Shown here: positions 37,647 through 47,174 of the stretch, piece by piece | Layout: each line of letters starts with the position of its first letter | How positions within the stretch are numbered: the stretch's first letter is position 1 | Assembly: GCA_041742965.1 (NCBI GenBank) | Contig: JBGTNQ010000004.1 | Location: 70,241 to 134,240, forward strand | Source: Minisyncoccia bacterium | GTDB taxonomy: Bacteria; Patescibacteriota; Minisyncoccia; Phycocordibacterales; Zambryskibacteraceae | Reading direction: 5' to 3' | Length of the DNA: 64,000 nt | Position numbers and translations under genes: made by a program | Notes under the pieces: generated by a model | The model's database searches: none | What the model was told of the DNA's origin: nothing | What the model saw: only the letters and a program-made list of their open reading frames with translations

Positions 37647-38162
37647 TTATCTACCTTTCGTGCTTGCTAAGCAGGTTAGGGCTACGGCTATGGCATCGTA
37701 CTCATCGTCTATTAGTTTTTTTTCGTTTAACTTTATCAATCGAGGGATCATTGCCATCATTTGTTTCTTGTCCGCTCTGCCGTCGCCAGTCGTTGCCATT
37801 TTTATTTGGAGAGGCGTGTATTCATATACTGGAATGTTTTGTAGTGACGCCGATGTGATAATTACTCCGCGAGCCTCTGCTACAAGTAGGGCGGTTTTTT
37901 GATTAACATTAAAAAATAGAGTTTCGGCTGCAAACATTTTCGGTTTGTATTCCAAAATAACTCTTTGGAGTTCAATGGCGATCATTGCTAGGCGTTTTGA
38001 ATGAGGCAGTTTCTTATCTGTCCTTATGCAGTTAGAGTATAAAAGAGTTTCTTTTCCTTTTTCATCCTGCTCCACAACTGCCACACCAACTCTCTCATAC
38101 CCAGGGTCAACACCGAGCACCCTTGTTCCACTAGTAGGTTCTTTTGGTTTTTTTTTCATCAT
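37647..38162 (-). CDS. ruvC: crossover junction endodeoxyribonuclease RuvC
   Basis: 171 aa; LGVDPG...G N-terminal and DAIAVAL C-terminal motifs. Confidence 0.8.
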   Translation of the reverse strand: MMKKKPKEPTSGTRVLGVDPGYERVGVAVVEQDEKGKETLLYSNCIRTDKKLPHSKRLAMIAIELQRVILEYKPKMFAAETLFFNVNQKTALLVAEARGVIITSASLQNIPVYEYTPLQIKMATTGDGRADKKQMMAMIPRLIKLNEKKLIDDEYDAIAVALTCLASTKGR

Positions 38163-38686
38163 TCTGCATTAGTAAAAACATCCTGAACCTCATCATTTTC
38201 TTCTAAGTCGTCAATAAGCTGGGAGAGTTTCTCTCCATCTTCTTCTGAAATTGAAATGCTGGTTTTCGGTATCCATCCATCTAGGGTTTTTTCAAATGCC
38301 CAAGTGGCACTGCCAATTTGAGCCAAAGTTAAATTATGTTTTGAAAGAATATGCTTAACTTCCTGAGCAGCTTTATTGCGATTTGATGTCAATGATTCAA
38401 TTATTAAAGCACTACCTCCAGGTCCATACGCTTCATAGGTTATTGATTCCATAGCGCCATCAGCCTCACTAGCTTTTTTCACAGCTCTCTCTATATTGTC
38501 GCTTGGAACATTTGCTGTGCGCGCTTTTTCTATGGCGGTTCTGAGGTTTGGCGATGAAACATCCCCGTTGGCTTTACGAGCCTCAACACTTATTGAACGC
38601 AAAAGCTTTCCAAAAATTTTACTTTTCTGGGAATCAGTTTTTTCTTTTTGCCTTTTTATTTTTGACCATTTATTGTGTCCAGCCAT
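38159..38686 (-). CDS. YebC/PmpR family DNA-binding regulator (short form)
   Basis: 175 aa; MAGHNKWSKIKRQKE N-terminus and acidic C-terminus as in YebC; about 70 aa shorter than typical. Confidence 0.7.
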   Translation of the reverse strand: MAGHNKWSKIKRQKEKTDSQKSKIFGKLLRSISVEARKANGDVSSPNLRTAIEKARTANVPSDNIERAVKKASEADGAMESITYEAYGPGGSALIIESLTSNRNKAAQEVKHILSKHNLTLAQIGSATWAFEKTLDGWIPKTSISISEEDGEKLSQLIDDLEENDEVQDVFTNAE

Positions 38687-38701
38687 TGTTCTTTCTAATT
38701 T

Positions 38702-39745
38702 TTATAAAAGACTTTCTTGGGAATCTTTCGGTGGCTTTAGGCCCAGATGAGAGTATCCGTGGACAGTCACCGTTCTTCCCCTCGGCGTTCGCTCTATAAA
38801 CCCTATTTGTAATAAATATGGTTCATTAAATTCTTCTATTGTCCCTTCTTCCTCAGAAAGGGCGGCAGCTAAGGTGTTTAAACCAACAGGTCCTCCAGAA
38901 AACTTTTCAATAATGGTTTCTAAAATAGCCCTGTCAGAAGGGGCGAGCCCTTCTTTGTCTATACCAAGAAGATCTAGGGCCTCCGTAACGCTTTCTTGTT
39001 CAAATGTTTTTTTATGTACCTGAACATAGTCCCTAGCTCTCTTTAGAAGGTAATTTGCCGTTCTCGGTGTTCTTCGGCTTCTTTTGGCTATTTCTTTTAT
39101 GGCCCCCTCCTCTGCGCTTATGCCAAGTATTTTTGCGGAACGCAAAAGTATTTTTTCTATTTCATCAACAGAATAAAACTCTAATCGAAAAACTCCACCG
39201 GAAAATCTTGAACGGAGAGGAGAGGAAACGAGCCCGATCTTTGTGGTAGCAGCTAGCAAGGTAAACTGGGGGAGTTCAAGCTGTATGGTTCTTGCAGACG
39301 GACCTTTACCTATAATAATATCTAGAACGCCAGATTCCATAGCAGGATAAAGAACTTCCTCAATGGCCTTGTTTAGTCTGTGTATTTCATCCACAAAGAG
39401 AATATCTCCAGAAGAAAGGTTTGTGAGGATTGATGCGAGGTCACCAACTTTTTCTATGGCGGGCCCCGAAGTTATTTTTATTTGTGCACCCGTCTCTTTT
39501 GCTATCAAATGTGCAAGGGTTGTTTTGCCAAGTCCAGGTGGTCCATAAAAAAGAACATGTTCTGGGGGATGTTCTCTTTCTTTGGCGGCAGTAATAAGAA
39601 TGTGGAGATTATCTTTTATGTTTTTTTGACCCACATACTCATCCCAGCGAGAAGGTCTCAGTGTTTGATCAAGAAAACCAAAATCCTTCTCTTCCGTTTC
39701 TGATTTTTCAACATCCCCCTCTTTTTTTAGATGCTTTTTTGGCAT
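38702..39745 (-). CDS. ruvB: Holliday junction branch migration helicase RuvB
   Basis: 347 aa; LRPSRWDEYVGQ, GPPGLGKTTLA, DEIHRL. Confidence 0.9.
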   Translation of the reverse strand: MPKKHLKKEGDVEKSETEEKDFGFLDQTLRPSRWDEYVGQKNIKDNLHILITAAKEREHPPEHVLFYGPPGLGKTTLAHLIAKETGAQIKITSGPAIEKVGDLASILTNLSSGDILFVDEIHRLNKAIEEVLYPAMESGVLDIIIGKGPSARTIQLELPQFTLLAATTKIGLVSSPLRSRFSGGVFRLEFYSVDEIEKILLRSAKILGISAEEGAIKEIAKRSRRTPRTANYLLKRARDYVQVHKKTFEQESVTEALDLLGIDKEGLAPSDRAILETIIEKFSGGPVGLNTLAAALSEEEGTIEEFNEPYLLQIGFIERTPRGRTVTVHGYSHLGLKPPKDSQESLL

Positions 39746-39850
39746 ATTTCTTAGGTTTAGTATATCCCAAAACAGGGCTTCTCAAAGTAAAATTTTCTGT
39801 TATGATGATTGACCCCCGAAATCTATGTAAAAAGGAGAGTCTGGGCGGGA

Positions 39851-39879
39851 TTGACAAAAAAAGAATTATGTGCTAGACT
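39851..39879 (+). promoter_or_regulatory. sigma70-like promoter of the candidate ncRNA
   Basis: TTGACA (39851-39856), 17-nt spacer, TAGACT (39874-39879). Confidence 0.35.
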
Positions 39880-39885
39880 CTTTAT

Positions 39886-40111
39886 GTTCTAAATTTCTTT
39901 GGAATCAAAGATATAAATCTCTAAGCAACGAGGCTCTCCGGGCCTGTCAAGCGCTTCATCGAAGACGTTCTGGATGGATTTATTCCATTCTGGGACTATC
40001 TTTAGAGAATCGCGGAACTTTTGGTACGATTATTAAAAGTGTTGCTTAGAGATTTATGTTTTCGATTCCTACACCCTCCCCGACCCCCAAAGGTCGGGGA
40101 GGGTTCGTTTA
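39886..40111 (+). ncRNA. candidate structured ncRNA (about 225 nt) between ruvB and pilB
   Basis: 17-bp perfect long-range stem (39913-39929 with 40041-40057), internal hairpins, terminal 12-bp GC hairpin CCCTCCCCGACC/GGTCGGGGAGGG (40075-40104) followed by a T-rich run; the 410-bp gap has no ORF. Confidence 0.35.
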
Positions 40112-40159
40112 AATCTCTCTTCCCATTATTCATACTTATCGTTTCGTTGCAAGAATGGA

Positions 40160-41857
40160 CTAATCTGCTTTTTCAAGTTCTATTACACGACGCAATTCTG
40201 TGATAGAAGTAACACCTTGAAGCACTTTTATTATTCCATCTTGTTTCATATCTAATATATTTTGATCTCTGGCAGCGGTTTTTATCTCTCTTTCACTAGG
40301 ATTTTCTCTAACTATTTTTTCAATTTTCTCATCAGTGATTATCGCCTCATAAAGACCGATTCTTCCTAGGTATCCAGTCATATTGCATTTCTCACAACCA
40401 CCAGAAATCCAAACTTTTTCGGTTTGTAGGCCTTCTGTGTAACTTTTATCACTAATTTCATTTAGAGTTTCATCAATTATTTCTTTTTCCTTCACTTCAG
40501 GCGCCATTTCTTTTTTGCAGTGAGGACAAAGTGTTCTGACTAGTCTTTGTGCAATCGCCACATTAATCGCAGAGGTGATAATTTTTGGATTTACGCCAAG
40601 ATCAATGAGTCTGGGGAATGCACCAGCAGCATTGTTGGTGTGAAGTGTCGAGAAAACTAGATGTCCAGTCAAAGCAGAATTAATAGCAATTTCTGCTGTT
40701 TCATCATCTCTGATTTCTCCAACCATGATTACATCAGGGTCTTGTCTCAAAGCTGAGCGAAGTCCTTCGAGGAATGTATATCCTTTGTCTGGATCTGTTT
40801 GTGTCTGGACTATGCCGGGGAGGTGGTATTCTATCGGGTTTTCAATAGTTATGATTTTGATTTCTGGGGTATGGATTTTTTTCAAAAAAGCATAGAGAGT
40901 TGTGGTTTTTCCTGAACCTGTTGGGCCTGTGGTTAATATCATTCCTGTTGGCTTGGTTATTTCCTGCATAAGAATGTTTAAAAGTCTTGGGTGAATACCT
41001 AGTTTTTCTAGAGGAACAGAAATTGCATCCGGATTTAAGACACGAAGAACAATAGACTCATTGTAGGCGCCTGGTAGAAGCGATGTTCTTATTTCAGTAT
41101 CTCCTTCTTGAAGTTTAATTGAGAATCTCCCATCCTGTGCGCCCTTGAGGTTTAATTTTAAGTTTGAGATGAGTTTTACTCTTGAGAGAAGCAAAGAGTA
41201 TGTTTCTGTATCAAAAGAGAGAATGTCTGTTAAAACACCATCAAGTCGATATCTAAGACGAACATAAGATTCTTCTGGTTCAAGGTGTATGTCTGATGCT
41301 CCTGTGGCCAAAGCTCCCGCCACAATAATCTCAAGTATTTTTGATATGCGATATTGTTTTTTGAGAGATAGAACTGTTTGTATTTTTTCTTTTACTGCGT
41401 CAAGACTTTGAACTTCTTTGAGAAGGTCAGTAATTTCTTCGTTTGATATATCAAGCGCCCCACCCTTTGTTTCAAATGAGTAAGACAGTTCTTTATATAG
41501 GTTCCATACTTTGTTTAAGCTGTCGTGCGAAACCATAAAGATATTTGGGATAAATCCTTTTTTCTTTAAATCTTCTATTGCTTCAATAGTTTTTTCACTT
41601 TGTGGAGAGAGCACAGCTACATCAATTTTTTTATTTACTATATTAAAAACAGCCACACCAGAGCTTCTGGCGTCTTCTTCTTTTATGATTCGTATGGCGT
41701 CTATGTTTATAGGTACAGCACCGAGGTCAAGGTAGCCAACCCCGTATTTTTTTGAGAGTACCTTTGCCAAGTCTTCCTCCTCATGTCTTCTAAGCACATC
41801 CATTTTTTTATCCTGTTTTTCTTCGTTGAACTGTGTCATATGTATTGAAATGTTCAT
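40160..41857 (-). CDS. pilB: type IV pilus assembly ATPase PilB (GspE family)
   Basis: 565 aa; Walker A GPTGSGKTTT; Asp box, His box and tetracysteine motif of GspE/PilB. Confidence 0.85.
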   Translation of the reverse strand: MNISIHMTQFNEEKQDKKMDVLRRHEEEDLAKVLSKKYGVGYLDLGAVPINIDAIRIIKEEDARSSGVAVFNIVNKKIDVAVLSPQSEKTIEAIEDLKKKGFIPNIFMVSHDSLNKVWNLYKELSYSFETKGGALDISNEEITDLLKEVQSLDAVKEKIQTVLSLKKQYRISKILEIIVAGALATGASDIHLEPEESYVRLRYRLDGVLTDILSFDTETYSLLLSRVKLISNLKLNLKGAQDGRFSIKLQEGDTEIRTSLLPGAYNESIVLRVLNPDAISVPLEKLGIHPRLLNILMQEITKPTGMILTTGPTGSGKTTTLYAFLKKIHTPEIKIITIENPIEYHLPGIVQTQTDPDKGYTFLEGLRSALRQDPDVIMVGEIRDDETAEIAINSALTGHLVFSTLHTNNAAGAFPRLIDLGVNPKIITSAINVAIAQRLVRTLCPHCKKEMAPEVKEKEIIDETLNEISDKSYTEGLQTEKVWISGGCEKCNMTGYLGRIGLYEAIITDEKIEKIVRENPSEREIKTAARDQNILDMKQDGIIKVLQGVTSITELRRVIELEKAD

Positions 41858-41925
41858 TTATTGTAGCATTTCGCTATGTTTTTGGAGAGGGGAAAAGGGG
41901 GCTAAATAGGGCTCTATTTTACCTA

Positions 41926-41955
41926 TTGACAAATGGCTATCAAGTATGATATAAT
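41926..41955 (+). promoter_or_regulatory. sigma70-like promoter reading into the high-GC lipoprotein gene
   Basis: TTGACA (41926-41931), 18-nt spacer, TATAAT (41950-41955); a GGTGAAC/GTTCACC hairpin follows. Confidence 0.4.
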
Positions 41956-42023
41956 TAAGATAGAAGGGTGAACATTCGGTTCACCTCGACAAACATCGGT
42001 TTTCTTCTTCCGCGAGGTGTGCC

Positions 42024-42473
42024 ATGTTCCGGAATTCGCTCTTTGTCAGTCTGCTAGTGACTTTGACGGCTTGTCAGCCGTCGGTCACTCTCGCGCCGGT
42101 ACCGTGCCAGCCAAACACTGACTGCGTGGAAACCCCGCGCACGTCGGCGCGGATCTCCGGGATTCCCTCTCGGGGGATCCTGGATACCCGCACCTTCGTC
42201 ACCTTTGCCCATTTGGATGGGCAGGCGGTGACGATCGAAGTGTTGGCGAACGGGCGACCGTTCCTGACCCTTCGTCAAGGCGAGATTGCCCGTGCCCCCA
42301 TCTGGCCCGCAATGTACATGGGTCAGAGTGTGGAAACCGTGTTTTTCGCTCGCGGATACGATGCGAGCGGGAAGCTGGTGGGTACGGACAGTTGGTCCGT
42401 ACACATCTATGGCGGTGACCGGAGGGGTCGTGAGGAGGTTTGGGAGATTCGTAGACTCCAACCTCTGCGGTAG
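42024..42473 (+). CDS. lipoprotein of foreign (high-GC) origin, function unknown
   Basis: 149 aa; lipobox LTAC after a hydrophobic signal; GC-rich codon usage (GCC, CCG, GTG, CGC) unlike the rest of the window. Confidence 0.5.
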   Translation: MFRNSLFVSLLVTLTACQPSVTLAPVPCQPNTDCVETPRTSARISGIPSRGILDTRTFVTFAHLDGQAVTIEVLANGRPFLTLRQGEIARAPIWPAMYMGQSVETVFFARGYDASGKLVGTDSWSVHIYGGDRRGREEVWEIRRLQPLR

Positions 42474-42556
42474 TAGCAGACTGAGGAACGCGTCCATTGA
42501 TTTGGGCGCGTTTTTCTTTTGTCTGAATAGTTCTTGAAATAAGGTAAAATGGGGAA

Positions 42557-43018
42557 ATGGAAAAAGTCACCTCCCGAAGCATAGAAGAAACAGCTGGTTT
42601 CGCCAAAGACTTTATTTCCTCACTTGTCCCTGAGGACAAAGCGACCGTGGTGGCTTTGTCTGGAGACCTTGGTTCTGGTAAGACAGCTTTTACAAAAGAG
42701 ACAGCAAATATTTTGGGTATAAATCGAGACGAGGTAACCAGTCCAACATTTGTGATAATGAAAATGTATAAACTTAAATCCGCATCTGCTAACAAAAACT
42801 TTAAACATTTAGTTCACATTGACGCTTATAGACTTGAGTCAGAAAGTGAATTAGAAAAACTTGGTTGGGAAACACTCCTTGAAGATCAGGGTAATTTAAT
42901 ATTAATTGAGTGGCCAGAGATGGTGCCTCAATGTATTCCAAAAAGCGCATACAAGATAAATTTTAAATTTGTAGACGAAGAGACAAGGGAGATTGAGGTG
43001 GAGAGGGGAAAAGAATGA
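42557..43018 (+). CDS. tsaE: tRNA threonylcarbamoyladenosine biosynthesis protein TsaE
   Basis: 153 aa; GDLGSGKTAFTKE Walker A, SPTF and HIDAYRL motifs. Confidence 0.8.
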   Translation: MEKVTSRSIEETAGFAKDFISSLVPEDKATVVALSGDLGSGKTAFTKETANILGINRDEVTSPTFVIMKMYKLKSASANKNFKHLVHIDAYRLESESELEKLGWETLLEDQGNLILIEWPEMVPQCIPKSAYKINFKFVDEETREIEVERGKE

Positions 43019-43037
43019 GGAATGAGGAATAACGATT

Positions 43038-45461
43038 ATGGTAAAGACTAAAGAAAAAAAATCTGAAAAAGAAACGAAGAAGCTAGTGCTCTTAGATGCA
43101 CACGCCATACTTCATCGTGCTTATCACGCTCTTCCAGACTTCGCATCATCAAAAGGCGAGCCAACGGGGGCTTTATATGGTTTAGTGACAATGCTTATAA
43201 AGATAATTAGTGATTTAAAGCCAGACTATGTTGTGGCTTGCTACGACCTTGAGGGGAAGACTTATAGGCACGAAGCTTATGATGGCTATAAGGCCCAAAG
43301 AAAGAAAACAGACGACGATTTGGTAGCTCAGATTATTCGCTCCCAAGATATTTTCAGAGCATTTCATATTCCGATTTATTCTCATCCGGGATTTGAGGCA
43401 GATGACATGCTCGGCACTATTGTTGAACAGGTCAAAGGTGATAAGGGTACAGAAATTGTTATTGCTTCGGGTGACATGGATACACTGCAACTCGTAGATA
43501 ATGAAAAGGTAAAAGTTTACACACTTAAGAAAGGTATAAACGATACGGTCCTATATGATGAAAAGGCGGTTTTTTCTCGTTTTGGTTTTTCTCCAATCCT
43601 TCTCCCTGATTACAAAGGTCTTCGCGGTGACCCTTCTGACAATATTATCGGCATAAAGGGTATAGGGGAAAAAACGGCCACGACCCTTATACAAACATTC
43701 GGCTCCATTGAAGACATATATAAAGGATTAAAGAAAAATGATGAGCCGTTTACAAAGGCCGGTCTTTCTCCACGCATTATCGCTCTTCTCAAAGACAATG
43801 AAGAAGAGGCGGTATTTTCTAAAATGCTCGCCACTATTAGGAGAGATGCTCCTATAGAATTTTCATTACCCCAGAAGCCATGGAAGGAAGCCCTAGTTCT
43901 ATCGGATGTGGAGAATCTTTTTTTGGAATTAGACTTTAGAACTTTAAGCCAGAGACTCAAAGGGGTTTTGACTGGGAAAGAGATTTTGAAAGAAACTTCT
44001 AGGTCTAAAGAAACAAATCAGGCCTCTTTGAATATGGCATCAAATGATCCGATAGACGAGATTGAGCTCGAAGAAACATCTCTCGCTCTTTGGGTGGTGG
44101 ATTCCAATATTACAAATCCAACACTTGATGATATTTTGCGCTTTGCAAAAACAAGAGATTTTAAAAAGGCAAAAAATATTATTTTTGATGAACTAAAGAA
44201 AAGAAATGGCACATTTGTTTATGAAGAAATAGAAAAACCACTTTTACCTATAGTTAAGTCAATGGATGAAATTGGAGTCAAGATTGATAAGGCGTATCTC
44301 AAGGAGATTTCTAGAGACTACCACAAGACTCTTTCTCAGTTGGAGAAAGATATTTGGAAGGAAGTTGGAGAGGAGTTCAATATTAATTCGCCGAAACAAC
44401 TCGGCGTGGTCCTTTTTGACAAACTTAGTCTAGCTGGAAAGAATATGAAAAAAACCGCCGGCGGAGCGCAGTCAACACGAGAGTCTGAGCTTGAAAAAAT
44501 CCGTGACCTACATCCGGTGGTGCCTTTGGTACTTGAATATCGCGAATTTCAAAAGCTCCTCTCTACATACATAGATCCAATACCGACACTTTTAGATATA
44601 AATGATCGGCTACACACCAACCTTCGTCAGATGGGCACTACTACTGGGAGGATGTCTTCTACTAACCCAAATATTCAAAATATTCCGATTAAAACAGAGA
44701 GAGGAAGGGCCATTAGGAACGCTTTTATAGCTGAGAAAGGCTTTGCTTTTGTTTCTTTTGATTACTCTCAAATTGAACTTAGGGTCGCCGCTATTTTGTC
44801 AGGAGATGAAAAGTTGCTTGAAATTTTCAGGAAAGACGAAGATGTTCACGCTTCAGTGGCGTCTTATGTTTTTAATGTGCCACTGGAGTCAGTAGATAAA
44901 GAAATGCGCAGAAAGGCCAAAGTCATTAACTTCGGCATCCTCTACGGTATGGGGGTCAATGCTTTAAGGCAAAATTTGGGTGGAACCAGAGAAGAAGCTC
45001 AAAAGTTTTATAACGAATATTTTTCTGAATTCACTGGAATTACAGAATATCTAAATCAAACAAAAGCTAGCGCCTTGAGAAGTGGATATACAGAAACTCT
45101 TTTCAGTAGACGACGATATATGGAAGGCATAAAATCAAAAATTCCTTATATTAGGGCAGCCGCTGAAAGGATGGCGATCAATGCGCCGGTTCAGGGGACA
45201 GCCGCTGATATTATGAAGTTGGCAATGAAAAATATTTACCAATTTATTGAAAATAAAAAACTAAAGAAAGATGTTCGGATGTTGCTTCAGGTTCATGATG
45301 AATTGGTATTTGAAATCAAAGAAGAAAAACTCAAAACAGTTTTGCCTGAAATACAGAAAATAATGGAATCCGTTTTAACAGAGGAGCAGGCAAAGGGTGT
45401 AAAATTATCCACTAACGCTGTAGTGGGCACAAATTGGGGGGATGGTAAAGAAGTTAAATAA
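43038..45461 (+). CDS. polA: DNA polymerase I
   Basis: 807 aa; 5'-3' exonuclease domain and polymerase motifs (DYSQIELR, QVHDELVFE). Confidence 0.9.
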   Translation: MVKTKEKKSEKETKKLVLLDAHAILHRAYHALPDFASSKGEPTGALYGLVTMLIKIISDLKPDYVVACYDLEGKTYRHEAYDGYKAQRKKTDDDLVAQIIRSQDIFRAFHIPIYSHPGFEADDMLGTIVEQVKGDKGTEIVIASGDMDTLQLVDNEKVKVYTLKKGINDTVLYDEKAVFSRFGFSPILLPDYKGLRGDPSDNIIGIKGIGEKTATTLIQTFGSIEDIYKGLKKNDEPFTKAGLSPRIIALLKDNEEEAVFSKMLATIRRDAPIEFSLPQKPWKEALVLSDVENLFLELDFRTLSQRLKGVLTGKEILKETSRSKETNQASLNMASNDPIDEIELEETSLALWVVDSNITNPTLDDILRFAKTRDFKKAKNIIFDELKKRNGTFVYEEIEKPLLPIVKSMDEIGVKIDKAYLKEISRDYHKTLSQLEKDIWKEVGEEFNINSPKQLGVVLFDKLSLAGKNMKKTAGGAQSTRESELEKIRDLHPVVPLVLEYREFQKLLSTYIDPIPTLLDINDRLHTNLRQMGTTTGRMSSTNPNIQNIPIKTERGRAIRNAFIAEKGFAFVSFDYSQIELRVAAILSGDEKLLEIFRKDEDVHASVASYVFNVPLESVDKEMRRKAKVINFGILYGMGVNALRQNLGGTREEAQKFYNEYFSEFTGITEYLNQTKASALRSGYTETLFSRRRYMEGIKSKIPYIRAAAERMAINAPVQGTAADIMKLAMKNIYQFIENKKLKKDVRMLLQVHDELVFEIKEEKLKTVLPEIQKIMESVLTEEQAKGVKLSTNAVVGTNWGDGKEVK

Positions 45462-45463
45462 AA

Positions 45464-46180
45464 ATGATTTACCTTATTTATGGCAATAATAGTGACAAGG
45501 CTCGCGAAAAAGTTCGCTCTTTAGTTGATGCTCAAATTGCTAAAAAACCAGATGCTCTTCACTTTAGAATTAATTCTCAAAATTGGGCGAATACGAATTT
45601 AGAAGAACTCATACAAAGCCAAGGGCTATTTGTAAATAAATATATTGTTGTTTTTGACCATCTTCTTCGGGATAAAGAGGCTGGAGAAATTTTGATTTCT
45701 TCATTGTTAGAACTCGGGGAATCAGAGCATATATTTATTTTTTTAGAGGGAGAGCTAACAAAAGAGATTCTCAAAAAAGTAGAAAAAAGAGCTGAAAAAG
45801 TTCAAGAGATTTCTCAAGCAGAGAAACAGTCAGTAAAAGAATTTAATATTTTTGTTTTGACAGACGCCTTAGGTATGAAGAATAAGAAAGACTTATGGGT
45901 GCTTTATCAGAGGGCTATTGAAGAAGGTAGTGAGCCGGAAGAAATTCACGGTATTTTGTTTTGGCAGGTTAAGGCAATGCTCGCTTCTTTAAACGCATCT
46001 TCTCCGGAGGAGGCAGGACTCAAACCCTTTGTTTATCAAAAGTCCTCTAGGTTTGCCAAGAATTTTAAAAAAGAAGAACTGCACGCTATGGCATCTCGTC
46101 TTGTAGAAATTTATCACGATGCTCGGCGAGGGATTGTCGAGTTCGACACTGCTCTTGAGAGATTTATTCTGACTATTTAG
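45464..46180 (+). CDS. holA: DNA polymerase III delta subunit-like protein
   Basis: 238 aa; MIYLIYGNNS start typical of HolA; short for the family, so tentative. Confidence 0.5.
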   Translation: MIYLIYGNNSDKAREKVRSLVDAQIAKKPDALHFRINSQNWANTNLEELIQSQGLFVNKYIVVFDHLLRDKEAGEILISSLLELGESEHIFIFLEGELTKEILKKVEKRAEKVQEISQAEKQSVKEFNIFVLTDALGMKNKKDLWVLYQRAIEEGSEPEEIHGILFWQVKAMLASLNASSPEEAGLKPFVYQKSSRFAKNFKKEELHAMASRLVEIYHDARRGIVEFDTALERFILTI

Positions 46181-46282
46181 ATCTAGTTTGTTTGTTGTCC
46201 TGAATACAGTAATATCGACAAACACAACCATTTTCGCTATAGTTTCCTGCAGTTTTCGATTTAGTTTTTAGATAAATGATAT

Positions 46283-46355
46283 GCGCCCATAGCTCAGTTG
46301 GTAGAGCACCTGCCTTTTAAGCAGAGGGTCGTAGGTTCAATTCCTACTGGGCGCA
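46283..46355 (+). tRNA. tRNA-Lys (anticodon TTT)
   Basis: GCGCCCATAGCTCAGTTGGTAGAGCACCTGCCTTTTAAGCAGAGGGTCGTAGGTTCAATTCCTACTGGGCGCA; anticodon loop CTTTTAA. Confidence 0.85.
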
Positions 46356-46368
46356 CAAAGCGTGAAGA

Positions 46369-46393
46369 AAATCTCCCCTGCGGGAGATTTTTA
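46369..46393 (+). terminator. intrinsic terminator after tRNA-Lys
   Basis: AAAATCTCCC-CTGC-GGGAGATTTT: perfect 10-bp stem with A/T flanks. Confidence 0.7.
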
Positions 46394-46475
46394 GCTTTTG
46401 CGAGGCGCAGTGATGTTTTTGTTTGAGCGAAGCTCAAGGCAAAAACCACGAGCCGGGGTCGCGAGATTTTTCCGT
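46394..46475. repeat. tRNA-linked repeat, copy C (core CACGAGCCGGGGTCGCGAG, 46447-46465)
   Basis: Its reverse complement aligns over about 100 nt with copy B (51540-51668), including the terminator-proximal part. Confidence 0.6.
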
Positions 46476-46564
46476 TAGGAAAAATACTTGTGACCACACT
46501 TCGACTCGTTTCTCCGAAACTCGCTCAGTGTAAACAGTGTGGACCAGAGTTACGTTACTCACAC

Positions 46565-46969
46565 TTAAAGAGGAAGGTCAAAGGCGAAAAATCCCGCTCC
46601 AGAGAAAAGAAGTGAAAGGGCAATCACAAACATTACCGTGTAGAACACAATGTCACGCTTCATTAGGGTCGCCTCTCTTTTTTCTATAAAAAACTCAATT
46701 CCAAAGAGGATAACAAATACCAGAGCTGCGATTTGTGTATAGAATCCCGCTATAAGAGCGATACCGCCAACTATTTCTACTGAAGCAAGGATTTTAGTAG
46801 CCAGAGATTTTTCTTTGACATGAAGCATTTCAAAGATAATTTCCCATCTAGATTTTTCTGATTTGAATTTTAGATACCCGAGATTTACTAGTATAAAACC
46901 CAAGGTTACTCGCAGTATAAATGGGGCGAGAAGGGAATATGTTAAAAGCTCTGGAAATGGATTAAGCAT
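46565..46969 (-). CDS. DoxX family membrane protein
   Basis: 134 aa; 4 TM helices; DoxX-like pattern. Confidence 0.5.
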   Translation of the reverse strand: MLNPFPELLTYSLLAPFILRVTLGFILVNLGYLKFKSEKSRWEIIFEMLHVKEKSLATKILASVEIVGGIALIAGFYTQIAALVFVILFGIEFFIEKREATLMKRDIVFYTVMFVIALSLLFSGAGFFAFDLPL

Positions 46970-47174
46970 CTCGTTAGAAGCAGGTCGCGATCAAAATGAT
47001 CTGCCTTAAACTATTCGAGTAATCGATTGTTTTCATATTGTAAATACATTCTCAGCAAGAAACCGTGACTGCAGCTTCTAACGGAAAGCATGGGAAAAGA
47101 ATAGCATATGAATAACGAATAATGAATATGGAATAAGACCCATTCTATATTCGCCATTCGACATTCAGGCCACC

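Noticed and set aside
39886-40111. RNase P RNA, SRP RNA or tmRNA identity for the ruvB-pilB ncRNA candidate
   Set aside because: No P4 helix motifs (AGGAAAGUCCGG / ACAGAA..CGGCUUA), no SRP domain IV (GGAA...AGCAGCC), no tRNA-like 3' end; also too short for RNase P RNA
42054-42795. Antisense ORFs 42054-42497, 42199-42795 and 42286-42537
   Set aside because: Stop-codon-poor frames are expected in a 60% GC island; the sense lipoprotein ORF with lipobox and promoter is the credible one
46294-46497. 67-aa minus-strand ORF
   Set aside because: Entirely overlaps tRNA-Lys, its terminator and repeat copy C
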